Shown here piece by piece: positions 1-11,330 of a stretch of DNA of 64,000 bases; the stretch's first letter is position 1, and each line of letters opens with the position of its first letter. A program made the position numbers and the translations under genes. The stretch spans positions 47,017,624-47,081,623 of the forward strand of contig JARDVH010000163.1 in the NCBI GenBank assembly GCA_030324005.1, read 5' to 3'. Below the pieces are notes generated by a model that worked only from the letters and a program-made list of their open reading frames with translations, made no database searches and was not told the DNA's origin. Origin of the DNA: Negaprion brevirostris (Eukaryota).

Positions 1-371
1 TTTAAGTTTTAATTTTCAGGAAAGCATATGGAATAGGATGGTAAATATGGTCTTAGTCAAACAAACCCAAATTGGAATTCAGAATTGAGTTTGCAATTCA
101 ATTTGTGATCTCCAAATGTGAATTCAGCATTCATATTACTCAGAATAATTACGCAAGAATTATTATAACACTTTAGGTCAGAATACATATATTCAAGAAC
201 CTATTAAACATTTCTCTGAAGTATCTGATGTTTGAATTAATCTCAAAAAGTCTGCTCGAGCAAAGCTGCCCAACATGTCTATGTTCGCACTCTGATAGTA
301 TTCCAAATTCTAACCTCTTATTCTTTAGCCAGTCATTTAAATCTGTACCTCCTGGTTATTCAGTTGTATTC

Positions 372-750
372 TATTGGCAGATGATGGATGATATAATGGT
401 AATGTCACTGGACTAGTAATCCAAGGGCTCACCCTATTGCTCTGGGCACATGGATTCAAATCCCGCTTTGGCAACCGGTGGAATTTAAGTTCAGTCAATA
501 AATCTGGCACATAAAGCAAGTCACGGTAACAATGACTGTGAAACTATTATGAATGTCCTTTAGGGAAGAATATCTGCCATTTTTATCAAGTCTGGCCTAA
601 TGTGGCTCCAGACCCACAGCAGTGTGGTTGACTTTTAACTCACTGAATGGCCATTCATTTCAAAGGCAAACAAGGAGGCAGCAAATTTTGGGCCTTGTCA
701 GTGACCCTTGTCAAGGCCTTGCCATATCCCACGAAAGAATTTTTAAAAAT
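372..750 (+). mobile_element. tRNA-derived SINE whose tail is shared with the LINE at 22475-23600
   Basis: tRNA-like head (ggtaatgtcactggactagtaatcc...ggattcaaatccc), body tcctttagggaagaa...ctggcctaatgtggctccagacccacagc, tail gccatatcccacgaaagaat-polyA. A partial copy lies at 10775-10970. Confidence 0.7.
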
Positions 751-754
751 CTAA

Positions 755-920
755 ATCCTTCATGATTTGAAACACCTCTTTCAAATCTCCTCTTAACTGC
801 CTCTGCTCTAAGGAGAACAACCTCAGTTTCTCCTCTCTATGTAACTTAATTTCTGAATCCTGAAATTAACATGAAACACATTAATCCCATACACACTGTG
901 GCTGGCTGAACTAGTGTTTA
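755..920 (-). mobile_element. Degraded CR1 LINE fragment
   Basis: aaatctcctcttaac...ctctgctctaaggagaacaacctcag is the reverse of the CR1 'LFSLEQRRLRGDL' region. Confidence 0.55.
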
Positions 921-2059
921 TATTCATAATTGGATTTATATTTTGAAATTGTGGGTAGAGTTCTTTAGAACCAGATACTGGATAATGGTTCAAGTCTTAC
1001 TGGAAAATTAACAGCTTATTAATTGCTTATGTTATTGTGCATATCAGCTAGCAAGTCCAGGAGATTGGGATATACCATGAGTTGCAAATCTTTATAACTT
1101 GCCAGTCAATTTATGTAGATTCCTCTTTACACAAGTAGCATCTCAATGTTAGCCTCCCTGTTATTTTAAAGAACTTGCTGGATTTGCATCTTAACCTGTG
1201 AAACTTGGCGTAAAAAGTTACAACTGGTAATTAATGAGCAAGTTCCCTTTTAACAACATGATTTTTTTTGCATACCTATCAACTTCTTTGGCCCAGACAG
1301 GGAACAATTTAAACTGCTCAGTCTCATTCCTGCATGTAATAAATTCTTGGAGATTTTAAACATTTTGGTGTGGGGCTTCTAAGATAAGCTGTTTTCTTCA
1401 GCACAGTTGCCCTAAAATTGGCCAAATTACAGAAAAGGAGATGAAATTTTGAGCGCAAATTGTGTCTGGCACAAATTGAGATTCTGTGATCCTTCACACT
1501 AGTTTAAGAAGTTGCACTTGAAGCAAGTCCCATCTACAAAAGTAGTCATGCCCTCATTAAATTATTCACTGCTGTGCATTTCTTTTAATTGCAAGCCATC
1601 ACGCAGGCTCTTAAACTTGAACACTTTCGTTGGGGTGCAGGAATATGAAATGTTTTAAAATCTTTCAAACGTGCATTTTTTTACTTATTAAGAAATTAAC
1701 TACACAACAATTAGCAATTGGTCCTCTGCAGCTTTTTATCAGTAATTGTCAATTGACTGAAATCAGTTTACTCGCAATAATGAAATAGTAAATAGCAATA
1801 ATAAAAATGCACATTTATTGGGATAAACCCATTTTCAGTTGTATTAATCAAATTGCAGCAAGTTACTAATCTTAAGTTTTTTTAGTGTAAAATTTTGAAC
1901 ATGTTCTTGAATATTTGCTCTGGTCTGTGGCAGATTTTATTCTCAATTATTTAGAAATAAACAAAAATGAAAGACAAAAACTAATTTGGGTGCAGTTTTT
2001 GTCCAGATTGCCAATTGTGCCCAATGCAGAAATTCAGCCCCAGTAAATGAATTTTGTTC

Positions 2060-2173
2060 TAGAACATAGAACATTACAGCGCAGAACAGGCCCTTTGGCC
2101 CACGATGTTGCACCGACCAATTAAGAAAAAAGCAATGACCCTCTAACCTAAACCAATCCCTTTCCATCCATAA
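2060..2173 (-). mobile_element. CR1/HER1 LINE 3' tail
   Basis: agaacatagaacattacagcgcagaacaggccctttggcccacgatgttg is the reverse of the CR1 3' stem-loop plus terminal microsatellite. Confidence 0.8.
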
Positions 2174-2273
2174 NNNNNNNNNNNNNNNNNNNNNNNNNNN
2201 NNNNNNNNNNNNNNNNNNNNNNNNNNNNNNNNNNNNNNNNNNNNNNNNNNNNNNNNNNNNNNNNNNNNNNNNN

Positions 2274-3303
2274 AGGTTATCTCAGATTGCAATGGGATCT
2301 TGATCAATTGGGCCAGTGGGCTGATGAATGGCAGATGGAGTTTAATTTAGGTAAATGCGAGGTGATGCATTTTGGCAGGTTAGAGCAGAGCAGAACTTAC
2401 TCAGTTAATGGTAGGGCGCTGGGGAGAGTAACAGAATAAAGAGATCTAGGAGTGTACAGGTTCATTGCTCCTTGAAAGTAGAGCCACAGGTGGATAGAGT
2501 TGTGAAGAAGGCATTCAGCGTGCTTGGTTTTATTCGATCAGAACATCAAGTACGTATTGTTGAAGTTGTTCAAGATAGTCACACTCGGAATACTGTATAC
2601 AATTCTGTTCACCCTGTTATAGAAAGAATGTTATTAAACTAGAAGAGTGGAGAAAACATTTACTAGGATGCTATCGGGACTTGATGGTTTGAATTATAAG
2701 GAGAGGCTGGATAGACTGGGACTTTTTTCTCTGGAGCGTAGAAAACTGAGGGGTGATCTTAAAGAGCTCTGTAAAATAATGAGGGGCATAGATCAGCCAG
2801 ATAGTCAATATCCTTTTCCTAAAAGTAGGGGAGTCTAAAAGTAGAGGGCATAGGTTTCAGGTGCAAGGGGAGGGATGCAAAAGTGTCCGAGGGACAATTT
2901 TTTCACACAGTGGGTGGCGAGTGTCTGGAACAAGCTGCCAGAGGTAGTAGTTGAGGTGGGTACAATTTTATCTTTTAAAAAGCATTTAGACAGTTACATG
3001 GGTAAGGTGGGTATAGAGGGATGTGGGCCAAATGCGGGCAATTGGGACTAGCTTAGGGGTTTAAGAAAAAAGGGCTGCATGGACAAGTTGAGCCAAAGGG
3101 CCTGTTTCCATGCTGTACACCTCTATGACTCACCAGAAGCAGGTACAATTACAACATTTAAAAGATATTTGGGCAGGTACGTAGGTGGGAAAGGGTTAAA
3201 GGGATATGCAGGCAAGTAGGACTAGTTCAGTTCAGGAAGCCTGGTCAGCATGGGCAAGTTGGGCCCAAAGGGCCTGCTTCCATGCTATATATCTCTATAA
3301 CTC
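2274..3303 (+). mobile_element. 5'-truncated CR1/HER1 LINE (RT C-terminus and 3'UTR) followed by a second CR1 3' end (~3134-3303)
   Basis: WQMEFNLGKCEVMHFG and FTRMLSGLDGLNYKERLDRLGLFSLERRKLRGDL motifs; two consecutive gggcctg..tccatgct tails. Confidence 0.92.
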
Positions 3304-4899
3304 TAGCTTCCTAAATGGGTACTGGACTCAGTATTCAGAAAGCCCGGGACTGGACATGTACTAGATTTGTGGAACTTCTGTATTTCAAGTCCTGTAGGAT
3401 GGGGATAGGATAATAAATTAAGATGGGCTGATTTTTCTGCCTGATGGAAGGGGTGAAGGGCATACTCGCCTGGCTTTTGTGGCAATAATCCCAACAAGGC
3501 ATAAATAAAGTTGGATTCAAAGAATGCCACAACCTGGGTATAACAGACAGCAATGGCTGATGTGGATTGCAGTTTCCAGAGCAATGCCCGGTTTTCACGT
3601 TCTTAAGACATTTGATAAAGGATCTGGTGCTTGTACTTCTTTTGACTTTAATAATATATCGCTTTCCATTGGTCTTCTGTTTCTTTCTCCATTCTTCAAT
3701 CTAGTTGTTTAAAGGGATGCATTGTTGGTCCCAAATGTCCCGTTGTCCATATCAGACCATTATTGGCTCATATTTCCAACAAGTTATAACACTGAAAAAC
3801 TTGCAGAAGGATGCCAAAAAAACTCGTCAATAGCAAGATTTGCCCCAATACTTCAATACCTCAATCCCCTCCCAACTATTGTTTATCTCACTTGACCAAT
3901 AAAAAAATTCTGTTTGCAACTTCATGATAAACATAGCTGTCAAAAAACATTTTTAAAAACTTTCTGGGTTATTGCTGTTCTGCAGTTTTCAGGCTAAAGA
4001 TAATTGTCCTTTTTTGTACAGATTTTACTATTTTTAAGTGACCTGTTGTTGCCATGGTGAGTGAATACTGCAGTTTGTCATTGGTCCATCAGCAATTCTA
4101 ATTGCTAAATGGGCTGGCTGCTGTTGCCCACAGGCATCTGAAATTACCTTTCTGGATACGTTTTATTTTTCTCTCCTGAATATTTGTGGACAGTTGATCA
4201 TTTTCAGTCTTAATCCTTTGTCACATCATAATCCTCTTATTCACACAGATTTTGCTCACATTGGTTTACTTTGGTTTCTCTGAATTTAACAACTGGACAA
4301 CTTAAGACAAGGCTCACTCTAGTTATTCAGTCTTCTTTGAAGATTGTGGCTGTGGGCTCTGACAGTTTCTCAAATGTTGATAGCCAAAGAATCACAGAGC
4401 TAAAATACAGGAACTACAATGATTTGCATGAAAAACTATGGTAGTCTGCCTATCCAAAATAAATTTTCACTGCACATAATTGGACTGCCCATTTCTGGGT
4501 TATATATTGATATAGACAGCAGCTCATTCTACTCAACTATTTTTCACTAACTCTGTTGTGCCTCTTCTCAAGTTGGGGATCCTTCCCTTCAATAATGAAC
4601 AAGTTACTTTTCACCTTCACACTTCTCCTTTGACAGCACAATGATCTTCCGCTATGATCACAAAACCCATTAACTGAGGTGCGATTTACTTGTCAAATTG
4701 ACTTAAGTTGCCAGTTCTTTGGTGTTTGTACGTCTTGCCTTTTTTCAGTCACTCCGACTTTGGTTTTATATCAAATGCATTGCATATCATACTATCTCAT
4801 TCTTTGAAACTCAAGTGGATGTGATTTGATTTGCTCTATTAAATGGTTCCATTCTATTCAATCCCTTATCATGGCATAGCTGCCTCATTTCACAAATCA

Positions 4900-5900
4900 A
4901 TCTAATGAACATTTGGTCAGGTCACACCAGCTCTCAATATATCCCTCCTGAGATAAGGAGACCTTCTTCAGGGGTTGTCTTATAGCACCCAATCACAGCA
5001 CAACTTCCTCACCCTTATAGTCCACTCCATTGTATGCTAGCCAATAAAGGCTAGCGTACAATTTGCTTTCCTAATGCTTGTTATACCTCAATGTTAACTC
5101 TCTTGACGAATCATTCTGCGTATGAACATTATTATCTTTCCCCTTCAAACAAATATTCTGTTTTCTTATTTTTCCAACCAAAGTGGATGTATTTATGAAA
5201 AATTCCATCTGCCACCTGCTAGTTCACTAATTTAACCAGCCCATATCTTCTTGGGAAGTTTGTGTCCTTGGCACAGCTTACTTTCCACCTATCTTTGTAT
5301 CAGCAACTGGGATATGTTCCAACACAAAAACAGAAAATGCTGGAAAATCTCACAGGTCTGACAGCATCTGTGGGGAGAGAATAGAGCCAACGTCAAGAGT
5401 TCTGATGAAGAGTAATTTAGACTCAACATCGGCTCTATTCTCTCCCCACGAATGTTGTTGGACCTGCTGAGATTTTCCAGCATTTTCTATTTTGTTTCAG
5501 TTTCCAGCCTCCGCACTATTTTGTTTTTACCTTGGATATGTTCCACTTGATCCCCTCTTCTAAGTCTTTGATCTCGATTGTAAAGAGCTAAATTTAAGCA
5601 CTGATTCTTGCAGCACCTCTGTAAGAACAACCTGCCAATCTGATAATGATCCATTTATTCCTACTCTCTGTTTTCTGTCTATTAACAAAATCTCAGTCCA
5701 ATGTGATATATTGCGTCCAGTCCCATGAACCTTAATCTTGTGCAACAACCTCTTTTTTGACATCTTATTCATTGCCTTCGTAAAATAGTACATCCATTAG
5801 TACTCCCTTAATTACCCTTCCACATACACTCTTGAATACTCTGAGACATTTACCAAACATAATTTCCTTTCACAAAACAATGTTGGCTGTTCAAGGCTCA
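4900..5900 (-). mobile_element. Degraded CR1 LINE RT fragment interrupted by a Penelope-type insertion
   Basis: ORF 5560-5793 (-) RLLHKIKVHG...RKQRVGINGSLSDWQVVLTEVLQESVL resembles the CR1 RT region around GVPQGSVLGP. Confidence 0.85.
5322..5533. mobile_element. Palindromic Penelope-type terminal-repeat element with a degenerate hammerhead core and 12-bp TSD
   Basis: Inverted arms ~5323-5393 and ~5426-5495; ctgatga at 5402-5408; direct repeat ggatatgttcca at 5310-5321 and 5534-5545. Confidence 0.75.
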
Positions 5901-8169
5901 TATATTTTTGTATGTCACATCATTTTCATTTCAAGCAAGATAGAACCTTTTCCTTGGTTCCCCACCAATGCCCTCCTTTCCATTTCTTTCAAAGGTGTAG
6001 AAACCTTGTTGGAGCACAGTTTGATGGATGATGACCACTTCTGTAGTACCTTACTAATATGGCCCCTGTTCACTGAGGAGCTTGACTGTCAGTGTCAACT
6101 GACTGTTCAAGGTGTTGTTAAATGGATTAATTTGGGAACTGTATAAAAAGAATAGGAAAGGCTTCAGGAACAAACATTCTTAAACATCAGAAAAATCTTC
6201 TGAGTTTACCCATTGGATTGCCTCGTTTGTTCACAATATGTAGATGTTAACCTCACTNNNNNNNNNNNNNNNNNNNNNNNNNNNNNNNNNNNNNNNNNNN
6301 NNNNNNNNNNNNNNNNNNNNNNNNNNNNNNNNNNNNNNNNNNNNNNNNNNNNNNNNNNNNNNNNNNNNTATATTGCATCACAACTAAAATAAATTATCTG
6401 TTAAATCTGGAGTACAAGTATGTGTCTCACTGTTCTCCAATAAAATTTCTGGAAGCCTACCCCCACACCAGCTCAGAATTCAGATAAATTGATCAAGCTG
6501 AAGAGTAATAAAAGATCTTTATAAAGACAAAACTTGTGAAGTACAGCAAATAAATCAAAATAAGGCACATTAGTTTGTTGAATCTAAATTGTGCCCAGTT
6601 GGCTTCTGAACAGCATTATAGCTATCAATCTTCTCCTGATAATGGGAGCTCTTGAAATCCACCTGATGTTTTTGTTATTAAATTTCAGTCTAATGAGTAC
6701 TGCTAATACATTTTGAAGATGGTTGTATGGTGCTGAATGTGTACTGGAGCAGGATAATTTGAATGAAACATTAGACAAACGTTTTACATGACTCAAGGGG
6801 TATATCTACAATTACACTTTTGGCCAAAATTGAATTTAAATGGAATTTCAATTATCCTTTCTTTTCTGGCAGTGAGAATGAAGTGTAAATGAAGTATGGC
6901 TCTTTACTGTTCTAAATGATTGTTTTTGTAAGCTAATTTAATATATTTGAGTTGTGAGGAAGGTTGGAGACTTGGATTTGAACTGCACTCACAGTTTTTG
7001 CACAATATGCAGCTTGCAACAAATTATCCTTTTTTATAACTGAAGCGTAAGTATTTGTAAATTTGAAACTTCAATTGATGTTTTACACGTTTATCTTTAA
7101 CTCAGTAATAATTTAAATTGATTGGTACGTGATTGAAACATGAAAGGGAAATAACATTTCCGCAATCATTTAAATAACAGAACTTAGTGTAGCAAAGATT
7201 CATTAGTGGTTTTGATTTAATAATCACAGCAAATATTTGGCTGAATGCAGAGCTTTTTGACAAGAGAAATTGGAAAATGTTTTGTTATAATGCAATAAAA
7301 GCAAGTTAAAGTAAGTCGGCAACTATTATTACAGTCTATTTCTAGAAACTACTTCGTACGTCGTTCACTCACCAGCAGCTTAGTAATAAAAGGAAATGGT
7401 TCCCTCGAGACATTTATGTATTGAAATAAATGATACGCTGGAGCAGAAATTTAATTAATTTACAGAGTTTATTGATAACCCCTGGTTACTTGGCAGTGAT
7501 TGTTAATTTTTTTTAACATCTGTACTGTAGTGTTGGAAAACCGTATTACATTTATAAGGTTTATAAGATTTATGTTTATATGTTGGGGATGTAGTTTTAA
7601 GTTTAGGGTAAATGAAGAGAGTCATGTGACCTGCTCTGGCATTTTCGTGACCATAAGCCTGGATGGTTTGATTGTCAGTAATCAGAGAAAGGCTAAGATT
7701 GTTTTACTGAGAAAAGGGTTCAAGATTTTTACACTTGGAGACAATGGCAGCAGCATCTCAACTTATCATGAGTGGACTCAATGTTTGCCAAAATCTCAGA
7801 AAGGTGTTGAAGGTTCCATGTTGTAAACAGTTATACTACAACTAGTCCATTTACTTATAAGATGAAAAGGAGTTGAAATTAAGAATAGTTAATTAGTATT
7901 TCCATCCAGATACAGGTTTAATGTGTTTCACCTTGCCACGGTGAAGCAAACACAGGAAGCCGTTTTTGAGAATTGGTTACGGGTTTCCCTACAAATCAGT
8001 GAACGTCAGAGACAGAGGTTCTGTGTGATCAATTGAAAGAAAAGCGATTTGACCTTGTGAGCTCCGATAGCTGGCTGAAGGAAGGACTTAGTCTCTTGTT
8101 GGAAGAGATGCATCCTGCAGCCTTCTGTAGTTTCTGGAAGTTTTATTCTGGCATGACCAGGGAAAAGAA

Positions 8170-8575
8170 GGTCTTATGAGGAAAGGCTGAGGGACTTGAG
8201 GTTATTTTAGTAAGAGTTGACCTAATTGAAGCATACAAGATGATCAGAGGGTTAGATAGGGTGGACAGTGAGAGCCTTTTTCCTTGGATGGTGATGGCTA
8301 ACATGAGGGGACATAGCTTTAAATTGAGGGGCGATAGGTATAGGAGAGATGTCAGAGGTAGGTTCTTTACTCAGGAGTTCTTTACTCAAGGCATGGAATG
8401 CCCTGCCTGCAACAGTAGTGGACTCGCCAATATTAAGGGCACTAAATGGTCATTGGATACACATATGGATGATATTGGAATAGTGTAGGCTAGGTGGGCT
8501 TTAGATTAGTTTCACAGGTCAGTGCAATATTGAGGGCTGAAGGGCCTGTACTGCGCTGTAATGTTCTATGTCTAT
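8170..8575 (+). mobile_element. CR1 LINE 3' fragment
   Basis: MIRGLDRVDSESLFP...RGHSFKLRGDRYRRDVRGRFFTQ; tail gggctgaagggcctgtactgcgctgtaatgttctatg. Confidence 0.92.
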
Positions 8576-8659
8576 GAGTTTGTATCTCAGCAAGCTCACT
8601 TGGATGTGCTCTCAATCAGATTTGGTTTTTGATTAGGAGTCCCCAGAAGGAATTCTGCT

Positions 8660-9095
8660 TAGAACCATAGGAACATAGAAACTAGAAGCAGGATTAGGCC
8701 ATTCGGCCCTTTGAGCCTCCTCCACCACTCAATATGATCATGGCTGATCATCAAATTCAAGATCCTGATCCTCCCTTCCCCCTATATCTCTTGATCCCTT
8801 CAGTCCCAACAGCTTTATTTAATCTCTTCTTGAAATCAGGCAATGTTTTGACCTCGTCTACTTTCTGTGGTAGTGAATTCCACACATGCACCACTCTCTG
8901 GGTGAAGAAATTTCTCTTCACCTCAGTCCGAAAAGGACCCTTAATCCTCAAACTATGATCCCTAGTTCTGGACTCTCCCACCACTGAGAACATTCTTTCT
9001 GGGTCTACCCTGTCTAATCCTGTTAGGATTTTATAACTTTCTATGCGGTCCCCTCTCGCTCTTCTAAACTCCACCGAATATAATCCTGACTTCAT
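8660..9095 (-). mobile_element. CR1 LINE 3' fragment (different subfamily)
   Basis: ORF 8757-9101 (-) GLYSVEFRRARGDRIESYKILTGLDRVD...RNFFTQRVVHVWNSLP. Confidence 0.92.
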
Positions 9096-10034
9096 GTACA
9101 CGCCTGCACAGTCACTAAAGGGCTAGGCTGTCTGCCGTGAGCCACTGAAATTATTGTCCTTGTCAGAGGCAGCATTTCAGTGATGATTCCTTTACATTTG
9201 CAGGGTAAGTCAATCATCTTGATGAGGATCTCTTGGGTATGTTGCACATTCCACCATGGCTACGCTGCTTGAGTGGTAATATGTTCAAAATATGTATGTG
9301 TTATAATCATTTTTATGGAGCAGAAGTGTTAAAGCTGCAAACGGAGTTACCTTAAGGTAAACTCACTGATCTTCTGGACTCAGTGGGAATCTGCACTTGA
9401 CGGTACCTAGGTTGGAGGTTCAGCATTAAACTGTTGCATTCCTAACCCTGGCCTACAGGCATCAAATATGCAAATTCACCCTTAAATATCAGAAGTCTTG
9501 TAGCGGATCAGTGCTTCAAAGGAGATTTCCATTTTTTAATTGATCTTGTGAATTAACCTTGGACCAAGGGAACCCCAACAAGGGAACCACAACAACTTCC
9601 TCAACAGGAACCAAATTAAAGATCCACTGAGGGTTTTCATTTGCGATTAACTTTCACGTTTGAGCTACTTCTAGGGGTCAGTGGGGTCTTAGTGCCACCC
9701 TGCCTGTTTACACAGCTGTCACGTGGGTTATAAAGAACCGACGCCCAAAGAACAGCTATCTGGCCATTACCACATTGATATCTGCGGGTCATCCTGTGTG
9801 AATGATGAAGCAACAACACCAATTTGCGTTCAGAAATAATGAGCTTTGAATAAAACCTTTTAGTCTTTTTTTTAAATGGACATATGACCAAAAGATGGCT
9901 GAGGGTGGTAAAGAAAGTCACTGGCTGAATTATTNNNNNNNNNNNNNNNNNNNNNNNNNNNNNNNNNNNNNNNNNNNNNNNNNNNNNNNNNNNNNNNNNN
10001 NNNNNNNNNNNNNNNNNNNNNNNNNNNNNNNNNN

Positions 10035-10148
10035 GGCATATGGATAACATTGGAATAGTTTAGGTTAGAGGGTCATTAGATTGGTTCCACTGGTTGGCAC
10101 AACATCGAGGGACGAAGGGCCTGTACTGTGCTGTAATGTTCTGTGTTT
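10035..10148 (+). mobile_element. CR1 3' tail after a gap
   Basis: acaacatcgagggacgaagggcctgtactgtgctgtaatgttct, the same tail type as 8520-8575. Confidence 0.8.
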
Positions 10149-10774
10149 TAAGAATAATTATTGGAAGAGGCTTCACCGCTGGTCATGTATTTAAGAAACT
10201 CTCCAAAATCTGAGGAAAGCACCTGGAGCCTGTCACTGGAAATTAGTACTCATGAAATCTTGCAACAACTGTGGACTATTTGCTAAAGGGACTGTAATGC
10301 AATGGAGAGTACAATAGGTGTTAAGTCTACAAGGATTATGTCACTTTCTTTTGTTTAATGTGTCTCTTTCCACACCATGTGCACAAGGCTAATTTTCATC
10401 TGACTCCACAGTGAGTTTTACCTGGGATAGGTTGCTAGCCTATTGCCAGAGGCTTATAGTTTGAGGGTTGCCACTGCACATCAAACGTGGCTGACAAGGA
10501 GTCTCACCCATCTTACCACCTGTCGTTAGCACATTGGAAGGACTTTGAAGGTTGATACTCAACTTTTTGGCTGCATTATGAATACACATTCCTTGGCTAT
10601 CAAGTCCTGGTGTGACACTTGAATCTGGAGCTTGTGCCACAAGAGCTCCAATGTTACTTTCTGTAGTCAAGTTTTCTTTCAGTTATTTGTTGCAGTAAAA
10701 GTTCTAAAACATGAAACCTTGGAAGATTGAATTTGTTTTTTAAAGTTAGCTGGAAGGCTGGCTGAGTTGAAAGT

Positions 10775-10970
10775 GACCATGAAACTATTTTAGATTGTCA
10801 TGAAAAGACATAGGGTTCACTGTTGTCCTTTAGGGAAGGAAATCTACCATCCTTACCTGGTCTGGCCTGCATGCGACGCGACTCCACTCCACTCAGATCA
10901 AGGGCAATTGGGGACAAGCAACAAATGCTGGCCAGCGATGCCAACATCCGATGAAATAATTTTCTAAAAA
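10775..10970 (+). mobile_element. Partial tRNA-SINE (same family as 372-750)
   Basis: gaccatgaaactatt...tcctttagggaaggaaatctaccatccttacctggtctggcct...aagggcaattggggac...aaatgctggccagcgatgcc. Confidence 0.7.
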
Positions 10971-11194
10971 CCTGCTTTAAAGTTTTATTTGATATTTACA
11001 AAAGAATATTAGCAGTAATGACAATTAACATCAGTAAAATTAAACATCTAGACAACTTGGCAAACCCATACTTTAACATCAGAATTCTGTTTAAAAACCA
11101 TTATCTTAACTCCATTTCCACTGGCTCCTTAACAATGAGTTTCAATCATTGGATGGTCAACTCATTTGATGAGAGTTTTGTTTTAACGTACTGA

Positions 11195-11330
11195 AAAAGC
11201 AAAAGGTGGAATGCTGGAAATCTGAAACAAAATCAAAAATAAGGGGTACACAGCAGGTCAGCCTACATCTGTAGAGTGAGAAAACAGGTGAACGTTTCAG
11301 ACCATGTTCTTCACAACTGAAAGATGAACA
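11195..11330 (-). mobile_element. Penelope-type terminal repeat, single arm
   Basis: gctggaaatctgaaacaaaa...cagcaggtcag...catctgtagagtgagaaaacaggtgaacgtttc, homologous to the arms at 5323-5495. Confidence 0.6.

Noticed and set aside
7560-8160. Possible solo LTR
   Set aside because: Composition is suggestive, but I could not identify TG..CA termini, a TSD or a second copy.
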